DNA of 64,000 nucleotides from an uncultured Chlamydiae bacterium (GTDB lineage Bacteria; Chlamydiota; Chlamydiia; Chlamydiales; JAJFMB01): NCBI GenBank assembly GCA_963697995.1, contig OY969110.1, positions 359,404 to 423,403 of the forward strand, read 5' to 3'. Shown piece by piece: positions 1 to 8,325 of this stretch (position 1 is its first letter; each line of letters starts with the position of its first letter). The notes under the pieces were generated by a model. It saw only the letters and a program-made list of their open reading frames with translations, ran no database searches and was not told where the DNA came from. The position numbers and the translations under genes were made by a program.

Positions 1-270
1 GCCAATTGCAAGGATCATACTGAGATTGTATAGCTTAGTCTTATAGCGCTTGCCATCAGCGGCAGTTGTCAAGTTATCCTTGACTACTGCTTCTGATAAC
101 TCGTTTGTTGAAAGTATGTTCTTGATATGCAAGCTGATATTTTGCTTGGTTGTTTGAAATAGGTCAGCAAGTTCCATCTGCGTTAACCAAACTGTCTCTC
201 CTTCAGCCTTGAGATGAATCGCGGTTTTCCCATCCTCAGTGGTATAGAGAATGATCTCTCCATTAGACAT
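1..270 (-). CDS. RhuM-family protein, N-terminal part (start codon at 268-270; 3' end lies beyond the window edge)
   Basis: My own minus-strand translation from the ATG gives MSNGEIILYTTEDGKTAIHLKAEGETVWLTQMELADLFQTTKQNISLHIKNILSTNELSEAVVKDNLTTAADGKRYKTKLYNLSMILAIG, open to base 1. This fits the remembered RhuM N-terminal pattern (ILY.TEDG...ETVWL.Q..MAELFQ....I..HI.NI...GEL......TAADGK.Y....YNLD.I..VG). The ORF is absent from the ORF track because it is cut by the window edge. Confidence 0.75.
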   Translation of the reverse strand, partial: MSNGEIILYTTEDGKTAIHLKAEGETVWLTQMELADLFQTTKQNISLHIKNILSTNELSEAVVKDNLTTAADGKRYKTKLYNLSMILAIG

Positions 271-337
271 AACCTACTTCCTTTGAATTTAATTTTTTAG
301 AACAAATCGTAGCTGAAATGGGAAAACCTCTCCAGGA

Positions 338-603
338 AAAAGTTCTGAATGCATCTCTCCACCTCCAACTGAAATTTTTGCACAGCAATAAAATGACGCC
401 GGCACGACAGATTTTCACAATACGCGACGAAGATAAACCTAAAAGGTTTATCAAGGAGCGTTTGGGAAAAGATGGCGTGCCGGCGTCTTTTTTTGCCTGT
501 AAAAATTGAAGGCGGAGGTGGAACCTCCAACAAAGCGGGCGAGCATCTTTGAAAAAAAAAGAGGGTCCGGCCTGTGTATTTAGAGTGCCGGCGTCTTTTT
601 TTT
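338..603. repeat. Structured intergenic repeat: backbone shared with 5135-5195, plus a ~175-bp insertion with nested inverted repeats
   Basis: AAAGTTCTGAATGC (338-352) and TCTTTGAAAAAAAAAGAGGGTCCGG (546-570) recur contiguously at 5135-5195. The extra segment here has an outer IR TCCACCTCC (358-366) / GGAGGTGGA (514-522) and an inner IR GACGCCGGCACG (395-406) / CGTGCCGGCGTC (476-487) followed by T7. GTGCCGGCGTC plus T8 occurs again at 585-603. Confidence 0.6.
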
Positions 604-625
604 CAAATCTGCTATCGCCCTTTTA

Positions 626-690
626 TTGGAGGCAAGCCTCCATTCAATTTAGAAGCTTCAGTTTCACGACTGAAGCCTTTTGTTTTTAGT
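626..690 (+). terminator. Repeat unit containing an intrinsic-terminator-like hairpin (copy 1 of 2)
   Basis: GGAGGCAAGCCTCC is followed by GCTTCAGT-ttcacg-ACTGAAGC and a T-rich tail. A nearly identical ~62-bp unit lies at 4586-4650. Confidence 0.5.
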
Positions 691-759
691 GACATACATT
701 CGAGAATTTCAAAATAATTTCAATAGAAATTCCTTTTCCAGAACAATCACCTTCTGGTT

Positions 760-837
760 TTCACAAAAAGATGCTATTTTTGTGAATATTATGCAATTCA
801 GTTGCTGATTTTCACAAAAGTATGCTATGTTTGTGAA
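760..837 (+). promoter_or_regulatory. Two palindromic operator-like sites upstream of abiEi
   Basis: IR1 (760-786) is TTCACAAAAA-gatgcta-TTTTTGTGAA, 10 bp perfect arms. IR2 (811-837) is TTCACAAA-agtatgctatg-TTTGTGAA. They are 24 bp apart and are followed by the RBS AGAGGAG and the ATG at 857. Confidence 0.6.
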
Positions 838-856
838 ATCAGAGGAGATTATCAAT

Positions 857-1465
857 ATGCGTCAAAGCATAGAAAATTTGGTAAAAAATAGAATTATTGA
901 TCACGGTCGAGGGTGGTGCTTTACCCCTATGCATTTCTCTGATTTAGGCAACGATCCCTCTATCCGAAAAGCTCTTTCTCTGCTTCAAAAACAAAATTTC
1001 ATCCGAAGGCTTGCACAAGGCATTTACGATTATCCAATAATGCATGACCTTTTAGGCATAATTCCTCCTGATTTAAATGAGGTCGCTAAGGCTATAGCAG
1101 AAAAAAACGGGGTTCAAATTCAACCTGCTGGTGCTCATGCAGCTAATTTAGTTGGTCTTTCTAACCAGGTTCCTGGGCGGGTTATATTTTTAACTGAAGG
1201 TCCATCCAGAACAGTTAAAATAGGAAATCAAAAAATTGTTTTTAAGAAGACTACAAAAAAAATTATGTCTTCTGCAGGCACTAAAGAAGGTCTTTTGATT
1301 CAAGCCATGAAAAATCTAGGAAAAGATCATATTGACCAGATAGCACGTGCACGAATTGCAGAATTCCTCAAAAACTCTAATGAAAAAGAAATCAGAGAAA
1401 ACATGAAATTTGCTCCTGCATGGATGCGAGTCATTGTTTTTGAAATTATGGGGCTCAAACAATGA
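857..1465 (+). CDS. abiEi: Type IV toxin-antitoxin system AbiEi-family antitoxin
   Basis: This is ORF 827..1465. I prefer the ATG at 857 (MRQSIENLV...) because GGAG sits 8 nt upstream. The sequence features (FTPMHFSDLG...RKALSLLQKQNFIRRLAQGIYDYP, LVGLSNQVPGRVIFLTEGPSR) are typical of the AbiEi/DUF6088 type. It overlaps the downstream AbiEii ORF by 4 nt (ATGA). Confidence 0.7.
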   Translation: MRQSIENLVKNRIIDHGRGWCFTPMHFSDLGNDPSIRKALSLLQKQNFIRRLAQGIYDYPIMHDLLGIIPPDLNEVAKAIAEKNGVQIQPAGAHAANLVGLSNQVPGRVIFLTEGPSRTVKIGNQKIVFKKTTKKIMSSAGTKEGLLIQAMKNLGKDHIDQIARARIAEFLKNSNEKEIRENMKFAPAWMRVIVFEIMGLKQ

Positions 1466-2495
1466 AAGAGATTCATCTTTTATCTAAAAATGAACGGGGG
1501 CTTTTCTTTAAAACCGCAAGTGATATTAAGAAAATGCCCCTCGAAATTATTGAGAAAGACTATTGGGTTGTGTGGGTTTTGGAAAGTCTCTTTTCACTTG
1601 AAAAGCTAAAGCCTTATCTCACCTTCAAAGGAGGAACATCCCTTTCAAAAATATATGGATTAATTGATCGGTTTTCGGAAGATATCGACCTTTCAATTGA
1701 AAGAGAATTCTTTGGCTTTGGTGCACCTCATGACCCCGAAAATGCACCTTCGAAAAAGAAACAAAATGTTATCATCGATAATCTTTCAAAAGCATGCTCC
1801 ACTTATGTACAAACTGAGATGCTAAGCGAATCTAAAAGATATTTTTGCTGCAAAACTTGGAATAACCGATGGATGGCAAATTTTCCCTGATCAAAAAGAT
1901 CCAGATGCTCAAACATTATTATTCGCATACCCAAGTGAAACTTCAAAAGCTGGATATATTCTTCCGCTTGTAAAAATCGAAATTGGCGCAAGATCAGAAC
2001 ACTGGCCTGTCAGTGAACATAAAGTACAGAGCTATGTTAAAGAGGCATTAAAAGAAAAAATTCATGAATCTGAAATAATGATTCGTGTACTGAATGCTGA
2101 ACGAACTTTCTGGGAAAAAGCGACAATTCTTCATCAATATGCCCATTTACCTGAGGATAAAAAGCTCCCTCCACGAATTTCAAGGCATTATTATGATTTC
2201 TTTCGCCTTGCTAAATTCTGAAATTAAGAAAAAGGCCCTTCTTGAGACCGCATTGCTTGAACGTGTGGCTATCCATAAAAGCATTTATTTTGCATCAAGT
2301 TGGGCAAGCTATGGAACAGCTAGGAAGGAAACTTTAAAGCTATTTCCTCCTGCTCGGATTTTAAAAGAACTTGAAAAAGATTATGCGCTGATGGAATCCA
2401 TGCTTTTCAGAGAAGTCCCAACATTGAAATCAATTCTAAAAACGATCGGGCAATTTGAAGAAGAATTTAATTGTATTACGCTGAAGAGCAAGTAG
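1462..2495 (+). pseudogene. abiEii: AbiEii/AbiGii-family nucleotidyltransferase toxin, disrupted by two frameshifts
   Basis: Frame 1 (1462-1890) carries EKDYWVVWVLE...TFKGGTSLSKIYGLIDRFSEDIDLSI. Homology continues in a second frame from ~1838 (NLKDIFAAKLGITDGWQIFPDQKDPDAQTLLFAYPSE...IEIGARSEHWP...AERTFWEKATILHQYAH...RISRHYYDFFRLAK). It then continues in a third frame from ~2215 (EIKKKALLETALLERVAIHKSIYF...) to the stop at 2495. Confidence 0.75.
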
Positions 2496-2497
2496 TC

Positions 2498-2800
2498 ATG
2501 AAAAACACCTGCTATAAAAAATTTGCACTGATTAGCTTGCCTGGAAGCGGAAAGTCTACATTTGCTTCTTAAGCTTGGTGAAATTTTAAATATCCCAGTT
2601 CATCACCTGGACAAACATCTGTTCGAGCCTGACGGGAAGAAAAGTGATAAGCAGGAATTCATAGAAATTCAAAAAGCCATGCTTGATGAAAAAGCCTGGG
2701 TGGTCGAAGGATGCTCGTTTTCGACTTTTGAAATGAGATTCGCTAAGGCTGACGTTCTGATATATTTTCACTTTTCAAGGGCTGTCTGCTTCTGGAGTCT
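2498..2800 (+). pseudogene. P-loop kinase / topology-modulation (FlaR/adenylate-kinase-like) gene remnant, frameshifted and 3'-truncated by a repeat
   Basis: The ATG at 2498 gives MKNTCYKKFALISLPGSGKSTFAS followed by a stop. A +1 shift continues KLGEILNIPVHHLDKHLF...AWVVEGCSFSTFEMRFAKADVLIYFHFSR. Family-like sequence stops where the 190-bp repeat begins (~2799). Confidence 0.6.
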
Positions 2801-2992
2801 TTTCACAAAGGCCCCCACCTTTTTTCTAGCGAAGCGAAAAAAGTTTTTTACTTCTCAGAAGGGCGAATGGCGAATTAACAGGCCAAAGATTGCTTAATCC
2901 AACGAAAACTGTTAATTCGTTATTCGCCCTAATGACGATGTGAAAATTGCACCGACGAGAGGAACTAAAAATTGCTAAGAATCAAGGGGTTA
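2799..2992 (+). repeat. ~190-bp dispersed repeat, copy 1 (direct orientation with 5318-5505)
   Basis: CTTTTCACAAAGGCCCCCACCTTTTTT...GCGAAGCGAAAAAAGTTTTTTA...GGGCGAA(tggcgaa)TTAACAGGCCAAAGATTGCTTAATCCAACGAAAACTGTTAATTCGTTATTCGCCC...GAAAATTGCACCGAC.AGAGGAACTAAAAATTGCTAAGA.TCAAGGGGTT. There is an internal hairpin CGAATTAACAG/CTGTTAATTCG flanked by GGGCGAA/TTCGCCC. This copy has a 7-nt insertion and a few substitutions relative to copy 2. Confidence 0.85.
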
Positions 2993-3348
2993 TATTCTGA
3001 CACTTTTTTACAAACTCCGTAAGACCACATCGTTTAAAGCGCATGCGATGAACAAAATGACATATACCACGAAATTAACACAAAAAAATTCCGTCGCGTA
3101 AAGCTCAATGACACACAAGACTGAATGAAACTGCATTGCTATTGCCTTTTGGTCAATTCCCCTGTGCCAACCGGGTGTGCAAGATCAATTGTGTGTGGAA
3201 ATTTTTTATTTGCAATCCATCTTCACAAAAAAAGAAGATTAAGATAATATTACAAAGCAGATCTTATCTAGATAAGCGTTTTTGAAAAAACCTAAGTGCT
3301 TTTGTTACCTCATAAAAATGCCTAATCGTTTGCAAGGAGATCAAAGAA

Positions 3349-3876
3349 ATGGTTTTTGTTAAAGCTAAATCGGGTCCTCCCAATGTTGGCGATCCACCAA
3401 GTATGTTCACTGTCCAGTATTTCGATGAACAAGGCAACATGACCATTCGAAGCGGGGGTAGCCGTGCTTGGAGATGTAATAATCCAGGAAATCTAATTGC
3501 AAGCACCTATAGCACTGGAAAAAGCCGTCGTTCTATAGGCACTGCAACTGATGGTGTAGATGAATACGCAGTTTATCCTGATTATAAAACTGGACATGAA
3601 GCATTAGTGGTCATGCTTAAAGGCTCGGTTTATTCTCCTTTATCGCTAAAAGCAGCTATTAAAAAATACGACCATAAAAACCCAAAATACATTGACACTA
3701 TCGTACAAATCACAAAATTAGATCCAGAACGTACCATCAAATCATTAAACGATCAAGAATTTGAAGCATTCTGGAAAGCAATAGAGTTTGTAGAAAAGTG
3801 GATTGTAGGCAAAGATGATTTCATTCCAAAAGGAATCCTTTCGGGTGCACCAAAGAAACGAGTTGTTATTACCTAA
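3349..3876 (+). CDS. Hypothetical protein with WRxNNPGN motif
   Basis: 175-aa ORF with a strong RBS (AAGGAGA, 8 nt upstream). It contains GGSRAWRCNNPGNLIAS...YAVYPDYKTGHEALVVMLKG..Y..LSLKAAIKKYDHKNPKYIDTIV. I remember this motif pattern from uncharacterised, often phage-associated proteins but cannot name a family. A 14-bp perfect palindrome CTTATCTAGATAAG lies ~75 bp upstream (3262-3275). Confidence 0.6.
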   Translation: MVFVKAKSGPPNVGDPPSMFTVQYFDEQGNMTIRSGGSRAWRCNNPGNLIASTYSTGKSRRSIGTATDGVDEYAVYPDYKTGHEALVVMLKGSVYSPLSLKAAIKKYDHKNPKYIDTIVQITKLDPERTIKSLNDQEFEAFWKAIEFVEKWIVGKDDFIPKGILSGAPKKRVVIT

Positions 3877-3877
3877 A

Positions 3878-4495
3878 ATGATTGATTCTACTCCAATAAA
3901 ATTACTTTGGCTTTTTCTACTTATTGTCTTAGCTGGATGTTCCTCTAAAGAAGATGAAAAGAAATTTAACAACCTAGAAGAAATCAAAAAAGATTTTATC
4001 GCCACTATTTTAACTGAAAGCGTTTTAGATGAAGGCCCTTTTCAAATGAATTATCATTTACGAGCCATTCTATTTTCAGATAACGTCGTAAGTCTTATGG
4101 GAGACGTTTTTGTATACGATCATCTCCCTCATGGCTGGAAGCAATATGAAGGCAAAACATATGCCAAAATGAATGGTTCTTTCAAGGAAATCTCTTTAAA
4201 TGACTTATTCCCAAAACCAAGTCAAAAAGAATTTTTAAGAAGCTATTGCGAAAACTTTTTCAAATATCATGCCGATTGTAGCTACTTTCAAGGAACTGAT
4301 CCATTGTGTGATCACCTGGATCAAGAACTGATTAAAACATTTGTGGTAGATCACGAATCTCTTATTTTAGTTTTTCAACCCTATGCAGTTGGTGGATTTG
4401 CTGACGGGCCATTCACAGTCAAAATTCCGTTCACTACAGCTAATCGGAAAATGGCAAGAAGGAAATCCTTTGGAAAAGCATCTACCAATTACTAA
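3878..4495 (+). CDS. Lipoprotein, DUF4163/DUF3298-like (RsiV/PdaC C-terminal type); possible C-terminal frameshift
   Basis: The ATG at 3878 is 1 nt after the upstream stop. MIDSTPIKLLWLFLLIVLAGCSS has the lipobox LAGC. Later sequence YDHLPHGW...ISLNDLFPKPSQKEFL...LILVFQPYAVGGFADGPFTVKIPF fits the DUF3298 pattern. The overlapping frame 4383-4583 (..LQLIGKWQEGNPLEKHL..) looks like a more natural C-terminus, so a frameshift near 4435 is possible. Confidence 0.6.
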   Translation: MIDSTPIKLLWLFLLIVLAGCSSKEDEKKFNNLEEIKKDFIATILTESVLDEGPFQMNYHLRAILFSDNVVSLMGDVFVYDHLPHGWKQYEGKTYAKMNGSFKEISLNDLFPKPSQKEFLRSYCENFFKYHADCSYFQGTDPLCDHLDQELIKTFVVDHESLILVFQPYAVGGFADGPFTVKIPFTTANRKMARRKSFGKASTNY

Positions 4496-4585
4496 AAATT
4501 TTCTTTCCTCATGGGATAGTGAAAACTGGATCAGCGATGTCCAAGAAGATCATTCGATCGCCTATCAAAAGAACACTGATTAAAT

Positions 4586-4650
4586 TGAATGGAAGCTTGC
4601 CTCCATTCAATTTCGAAGCTTCAGTTTAAGACTGAAGCCTTTTTTTTAGT
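4586..4650 (+). terminator. Repeat unit with terminator hairpin (copy 2 of 2), downstream of the lipoprotein gene
   Basis: GGAAGCTTGCCTCCATTCAATTTCGAAGCTTCAGTttaagACTGAAGCC followed by T8. Same unit as 626-690. Confidence 0.6.
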
Positions 4651-4722
4651 GATTTACGAGATCTGCTTCCGTTTCTATAAAAAACAAAGTCGGTGTTCAA
4701 GTGGTGTTTTTTTTATTGTTGT

Positions 4723-5073
4723 CTAGCTACTTTTCTTCACAATCTCAGATTTGAGCATCATCTGACCAAACCCTGGAATCTTCGCTTCAATGTTATGGCC
4801 GTTAACTTCATCTACCAAGCGAATATTTTTTACTTTTACTCCTACTTTTAAATCTGAGGAGGATCCTTTAACCTTTATATCTTTAATAATCGTCACAGTA
4901 TCACCATCCTGAAGGATATTCCCGTATGCATCCTTCACTGCGGACTGTTCCGTTATGCTTTTCTTCTCAGCGTAAACAGCCCACTCATTTCCACATTCTG
5001 GGCAAACATAGAAAGCACCATTTTCGTAAGTATATACAGAACCACATTGTGTACATTTTGGCACATCTGTCAT
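4723..5073 (-). CDS. yjdM: Zinc-ribbon protein PhnA/YjdM
   Basis: [31 protein letters not shown]...[41 protein letters not shown]...[22 protein letters not shown] is the classic PhnA layout. I prefer the ATG at 5073 (AGGAG 9 nt upstream) over the TTG at 5094 in the ORF track. Confidence 0.85.
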   Translation of the reverse strand: MTDVPKCTQCGSVYTYENGAFYVCPECGNEWAVYAEKKSITEQSAVKDAYGNILQDGDTVTIIKDIKVKGSSSDLKVGVKVKNIRLVDEVNGHNIEAKIPGFGQMMLKSEIVKKSS

Positions 5074-5265
5074 TAATAAACTCCTCTTACTCAAAAACTA
5101 CTGTTATAACATATATAATGAACAGTAGTCCAATCAAAAGTTCTGAATGCGCATCTTCAATGTGAGCCTCTTTGAAAAAAAAGAGGGTCGGAAATTCCGA
5201 CAAACTCGATCAGCATCTAATCCTAGTTAATGCAAAAAGGAAAACAGAATCTATAGTCGCAGAAA

Positions 5266-5305
5266 TTCACAAAAAATATCATCTTTTTGTGAATTTAGAG
5301 GAGAT
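5266..5305 (+). promoter_or_regulatory. Orphan third copy of the abiEi operator and RBS, truncated by repeat copy 2
   Basis: TTCACAAAAA-atatcatc-TTTTTGTGAA (5266-5293) is followed by TTTAGAGGAGATT, compare ATCAGAGGAGATT at 838-850. Similarity ends within ~15 bp, just before the 190-bp repeat at 5318. Confidence 0.55.
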
Positions 5306-5317
5306 TTGGCCGTTACT

Positions 5318-5505
5318 CTTTTCACAAAGGCCCCCACCTTTTTTTTAAGCGAAGCGAAAAAAGTTTTTTAATTCTCAGAAGGGCGAATTAACAGGCCAAA
5401 GATTGCTTAATCCAACGAAAACTGTTAATTCGTTATTCGCCCTAATGGCGATGTGAAAATTGCACCGACCAGAGGAACTAAAAATTGCTAAGACTCAAGG
5501 GGTTT
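5318..5505 (+). repeat. ~190-bp dispersed repeat, copy 2
   Basis: See 2799-2992. The two copies are near-identical except for a 7-nt indel and a few substitutions. Confidence 0.85.
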
Positions 5506-5669
5506 ATTTGACAAAACGATTCTTTATGATAAATTCAGAAGCTCCATAGTCTGCACTCTCATGCTCTGTTTTCAGATTCTGAAGGATAAGCCCAGATGAC
5601 TTATAGACAAGGTCTTCAGCTTATAGCAAATCGGGGTAAAGCCTTTTTGAGAGGCCTTTGTTTTTTGGT

Positions 5670-6092
5670 TCAATGACCACGCTGCTTTTCCTTCCGTTTT
5701 TCTTGTTTGAGGGAAAATTGCTCATCTTTTCGAGCCTGTTTTTCAGCACTGCTTATGCTTTTTTTCTCTTTCTTTTTCTTCTCAATCTCTTCTCGCATGT
5801 AGTCTTGGGCTAAAGTTGATGGCTTTGATGTTTCCCTCATTTTTTCCATTTCTCGACGGACTTCGCGCTGAACTCTTTTTGGGTTCATGCGCTGAATTTC
5901 GATGGTGATTTCTTTAGCCTCTCCAAATTTTAGCTCCACATAGTGCTTTAGAACAAACTCATGAACTTCAGCATCAGAAGGTTCAGCACCAAAAATATGA
6001 CGTGCAACTGCATATCCTTCTTTGTCCGTGCGTTCAAAAGTTCCCACCCAAAACCGTTTTTCAAAAAAAATCGTCGCTTTGACTATAGCCAT
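5670..6092 (-). CDS. YjdF/DUF2992-family protein
   Basis: MAIVKATIFFEKRFWVGTFERTDKEGYAVARHIFGAEPSDAEVHEFVLKHY..L.F...., followed by a lysine/glutamate-rich tail. This matches the remembered DUF2992 N-terminal pattern. Confidence 0.65.
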   Translation of the reverse strand: MAIVKATIFFEKRFWVGTFERTDKEGYAVARHIFGAEPSDAEVHEFVLKHYVELKFGEAKEITIEIQRMNPKRVQREVRREMEKMRETSKPSTLAQDYMREEIEKKKKEKKSISSAEKQARKDEQFSLKQEKRKEKQRGH

Positions 6093-6289
6093 TTTTTACT
6101 TCCAGGATCTAGTACCCCAACTTAAAAGTTTTGAGCGTAAATTTCGATTTCAAAACTATACTTTTGGGATAATCATATCTAAATTTCACAAAAACAACTA
6201 TAAAAAATGATCACCGATTAACTTTACATCATTTTCTCTTGTTAGAAAATATTACAGTAAGATAAATTTTGAATTTTCAAGGGGATCTA

Positions 6290-6883
6290 ATGCTTTCAAG
6301 TCGATTTTTTAGCTTTTTTTTTATCCTACTCTTCTCACAAGAGATTCAAGCTCTTTGTTGTAAACCCTCTGTTGAACTAAAAACGGGTTATTTCTTTTTC
6401 GCAGATGAAAAAATGCGTTCGGTCTACAATGATGGCGGTCTAGATCTACAACTTAGCAGTTCATTTCCAATCTGGAAATGGCTCCAAATCTATACAAGCA
6501 TTGAGTACCTTCAAAAACAGGGGCACGCCCTCTCCACTCATCAAAAAACGAACATCTGGCAAGTTCCAGTCACCGTCGGGTTAAAAGCTTGCATGAAAAT
6601 GACACCAACTACCTCCTATTATCTCACGCTTGCCCCCCGTTATTTCTACATGCATGTCCAAAACAGCTCTTGTTTCGTCGATAAAAATCTGCATAAAAAT
6701 GGCGTTGGCGCCTTTGTAGGTACAGGATTCACTATCACTGCCTGCACTCATTTCCTTATCGAAATATTTGGTGAATACTCATACCAAAAAGCCCATTTTC
6801 ATTCTGCAAAAACGAATGTCTATTCAAGAAACATTCAGGTGGGAGGTTTAGTTTTTGGGGCAGGTTTAGGCTATGCATTTTAA
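6290..6883 (+). CDS. Putative outer-membrane beta-barrel protein
   Basis: A signal-like N-terminus (MLSSRFFSFFFILLFSQEIQA) starts from the ATG at 6290. Alternating hydrophobic strands are present, and the C-terminus ends GGLVFGAGLGYAF with a terminal aromatic residue. Confidence 0.55.
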   Translation: MLSSRFFSFFFILLFSQEIQALCCKPSVELKTGYFFFADEKMRSVYNDGGLDLQLSSSFPIWKWLQIYTSIEYLQKQGHALSTHQKTNIWQVPVTVGLKACMKMTPTTSYYLTLAPRYFYMHVQNSSCFVDKNLHKNGVGAFVGTGFTITACTHFLIEIFGEYSYQKAHFHSAKTNVYSRNIQVGGLVFGAGLGYAF

Positions 6884-6894
6884 TAAGGAAATCT

Positions 6895-8112
6895 ATGTAT
6901 AAAATTTTAGCTTTTTTTCTTCCCTTAACCCCACTCTTTGCCAATTTTGCCTATGTGGGTGAGAATACAACCGTCTCAGTAATTGATACAACGACAAATA
7001 CTATAGTAGATACCATTTCGTTAGGAACTGATGTTATTTTAATCGCCATAACACCTAACAACCTTTATCTTTATGTCACAGAATTAAATAACAATAGTGT
7101 AGCAGTCATAAGTACCACAAGCAATACTGTGAAAACGACAATCTCTTTACCCTCTGGAAGCCAGCCTTTAGGTGTGGCTATCACACCGAACGGTAAATTA
7201 GCTTATGTGACTAATCAGGGCAATGGCACTGTTTCTGTCATCTCAACTGCCACAAATCAAGTTATTCAATCAATTTCCTCCTTTGCTCAACCTTGGGGCA
7301 TTGCCATCACACCAAATGGGCGCTTTGCTTATGTTGTTAACCTCAACGGAGGAACATCTCCTGGTTTTGTCAGCGTGATCGATTTAAAAACCAATACTCT
7401 ACTGCCATCCACAATCCAAGTCGATGCAGGACCCACAGGGATTACAATCACACCGAATGGCCGGTTTGTTTACGTCACAAATGAAAATTCAAACACTGTT
7501 TCTGTAATCTCTACAGCAACCAATACCCTCATTGCAACAATTCCCGTTGGAATTAACCCTTTTGAGCTGACATCAAGCCCTGATAGTCAGTTCGTGTATG
7601 TCTCTAACAACGCCTATACAGACGTTTCTTTAAGTTCCGTCTCAGTCATTTCAACAGCGACTCAAACTGTGGTCGACACTATTGCCCTCCCCAATTCCGG
7701 ACCCGCCGCATTAGCAGTGACTCCCGATGGACAAACTCTATATGTGACCAACACACAAAATACTACTGTCATCTCCACCAAAACTAACAAAGTTATCGGC
7801 TTTATTGGGGGCAGCAGTAGCAGCATTGCGATAACAAACACTTTAATTGCCAATTTAAGAGGACAGCAGAAAATTAATGATTTTGGCACTATCTACGAGT
7901 TTTTCAACCTCATCAAATGGCAATCGGTCCCTTTCTCCGACGTGATTGGCTACAATGTTTACCGAAATGGTAAACAGATCGCCCATTTAAACTCTCATAC
8001 ACTCCAATATTGCGATCATAATCAAAAAAGAGATTGTCCCGTGACCTATTTGGTCGCTCCGATAGAAGCTTCAGGAAAAGTGAGCACACCTTTAAGCGTT
8101 GTTGTGAGATAA
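6895..8112 (+). CDS. Secreted YVTN-family (YncE-like) beta-propeller repeat protein with a C-terminal Fn3-like domain
   Basis: A signal peptide is followed by seven or more repeats of the type ITPNG.FAYVTN...NTVSVISTATN.... The C-terminal ~90 aa read WQSVPFSDVIGYNVYRNGKQIAHL.... Confidence 0.75.
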   Translation: MYKILAFFLPLTPLFANFAYVGENTTVSVIDTTTNTIVDTISLGTDVILIAITPNNLYLYVTELNNNSVAVISTTSNTVKTTISLPSGSQPLGVAITPNGKLAYVTNQGNGTVSVISTATNQVIQSISSFAQPWGIAITPNGRFAYVVNLNGGTSPGFVSVIDLKTNTLLPSTIQVDAGPTGITITPNGRFVYVTNENSNTVSVISTATNTLIATIPVGINPFELTSSPDSQFVYVSNNAYTDVSLSSVSVISTATQTVVDTIALPNSGPAALAVTPDGQTLYVTNTQNTTVISTKTNKVIGFIGGSSSSIAITNTLIANLRGQQKINDFGTIYEFFNLIKWQSVPFSDVIGYNVYRNGKQIAHLNSHTLQYCDHNQKRDCPVTYLVAPIEASGKVSTPLSVVVR

Positions 8113-8177
8113 ATGACTTCAACTTAAGAAAATAGGCCCTGTTATTAGACATCCCTGTCATCGCGCTGCCTTAAGGT

Positions 8178-8325
8178 TAGTTGGCCCTGAAAAAGTGATC
8201 CTTTTGCAACAAAAAAAGCGGTGAACGACGCCCCCCCCCCCTTGAGGGGTTTAGTGAGGAGTAAAACGCCTTTTTTGTCAAAAGGGACACTTTTTATTGG
8301 AGAGGACTTTTTTTAGGGCCGACTA
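8178..8325 (+). mobile_element. MITE copy A (148 bp, internally deleted variant)
   Basis: Ends are TAGTTGGCCCTGAAAAAGT ... ACTTTTTTTAGGGCCGACTA. It lacks the 132 bp lying between the two GAAAAAGT direct repeats of the full copy at 37150-37424. It carries a C11 tract (8231-8241). The last 3 nt (CTA, 8323-8325) form the TAG stop codon of the giant minus-strand gene. Confidence 0.8.

Noticed and set aside
263-533. ORFs 263..454(-), 297..533(-) and 318..509(+).
   Set aside because: They overlap each other within the nested-inverted-repeat intergenic element. No RBS or family features are present. The region is better explained as structured repeat DNA.
2562-2897. The 111-aa ORF treated as an intact gene.
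   Set aside because: Its first ~80 codons are the out-of-frame continuation of the P-loop kinase that starts at 2498. Its last ~30 codons read into the 190-bp dispersed repeat. I called it a pseudogene instead.
4383-4583. 66-aa ORF overlapping the end of the lipoprotein gene, considered as a separate gene.
   Set aside because: It is more likely the authentic C-terminal frame of the DUF3298-like gene after a frameshift than an independent gene. It is noted under that feature rather than called separately.
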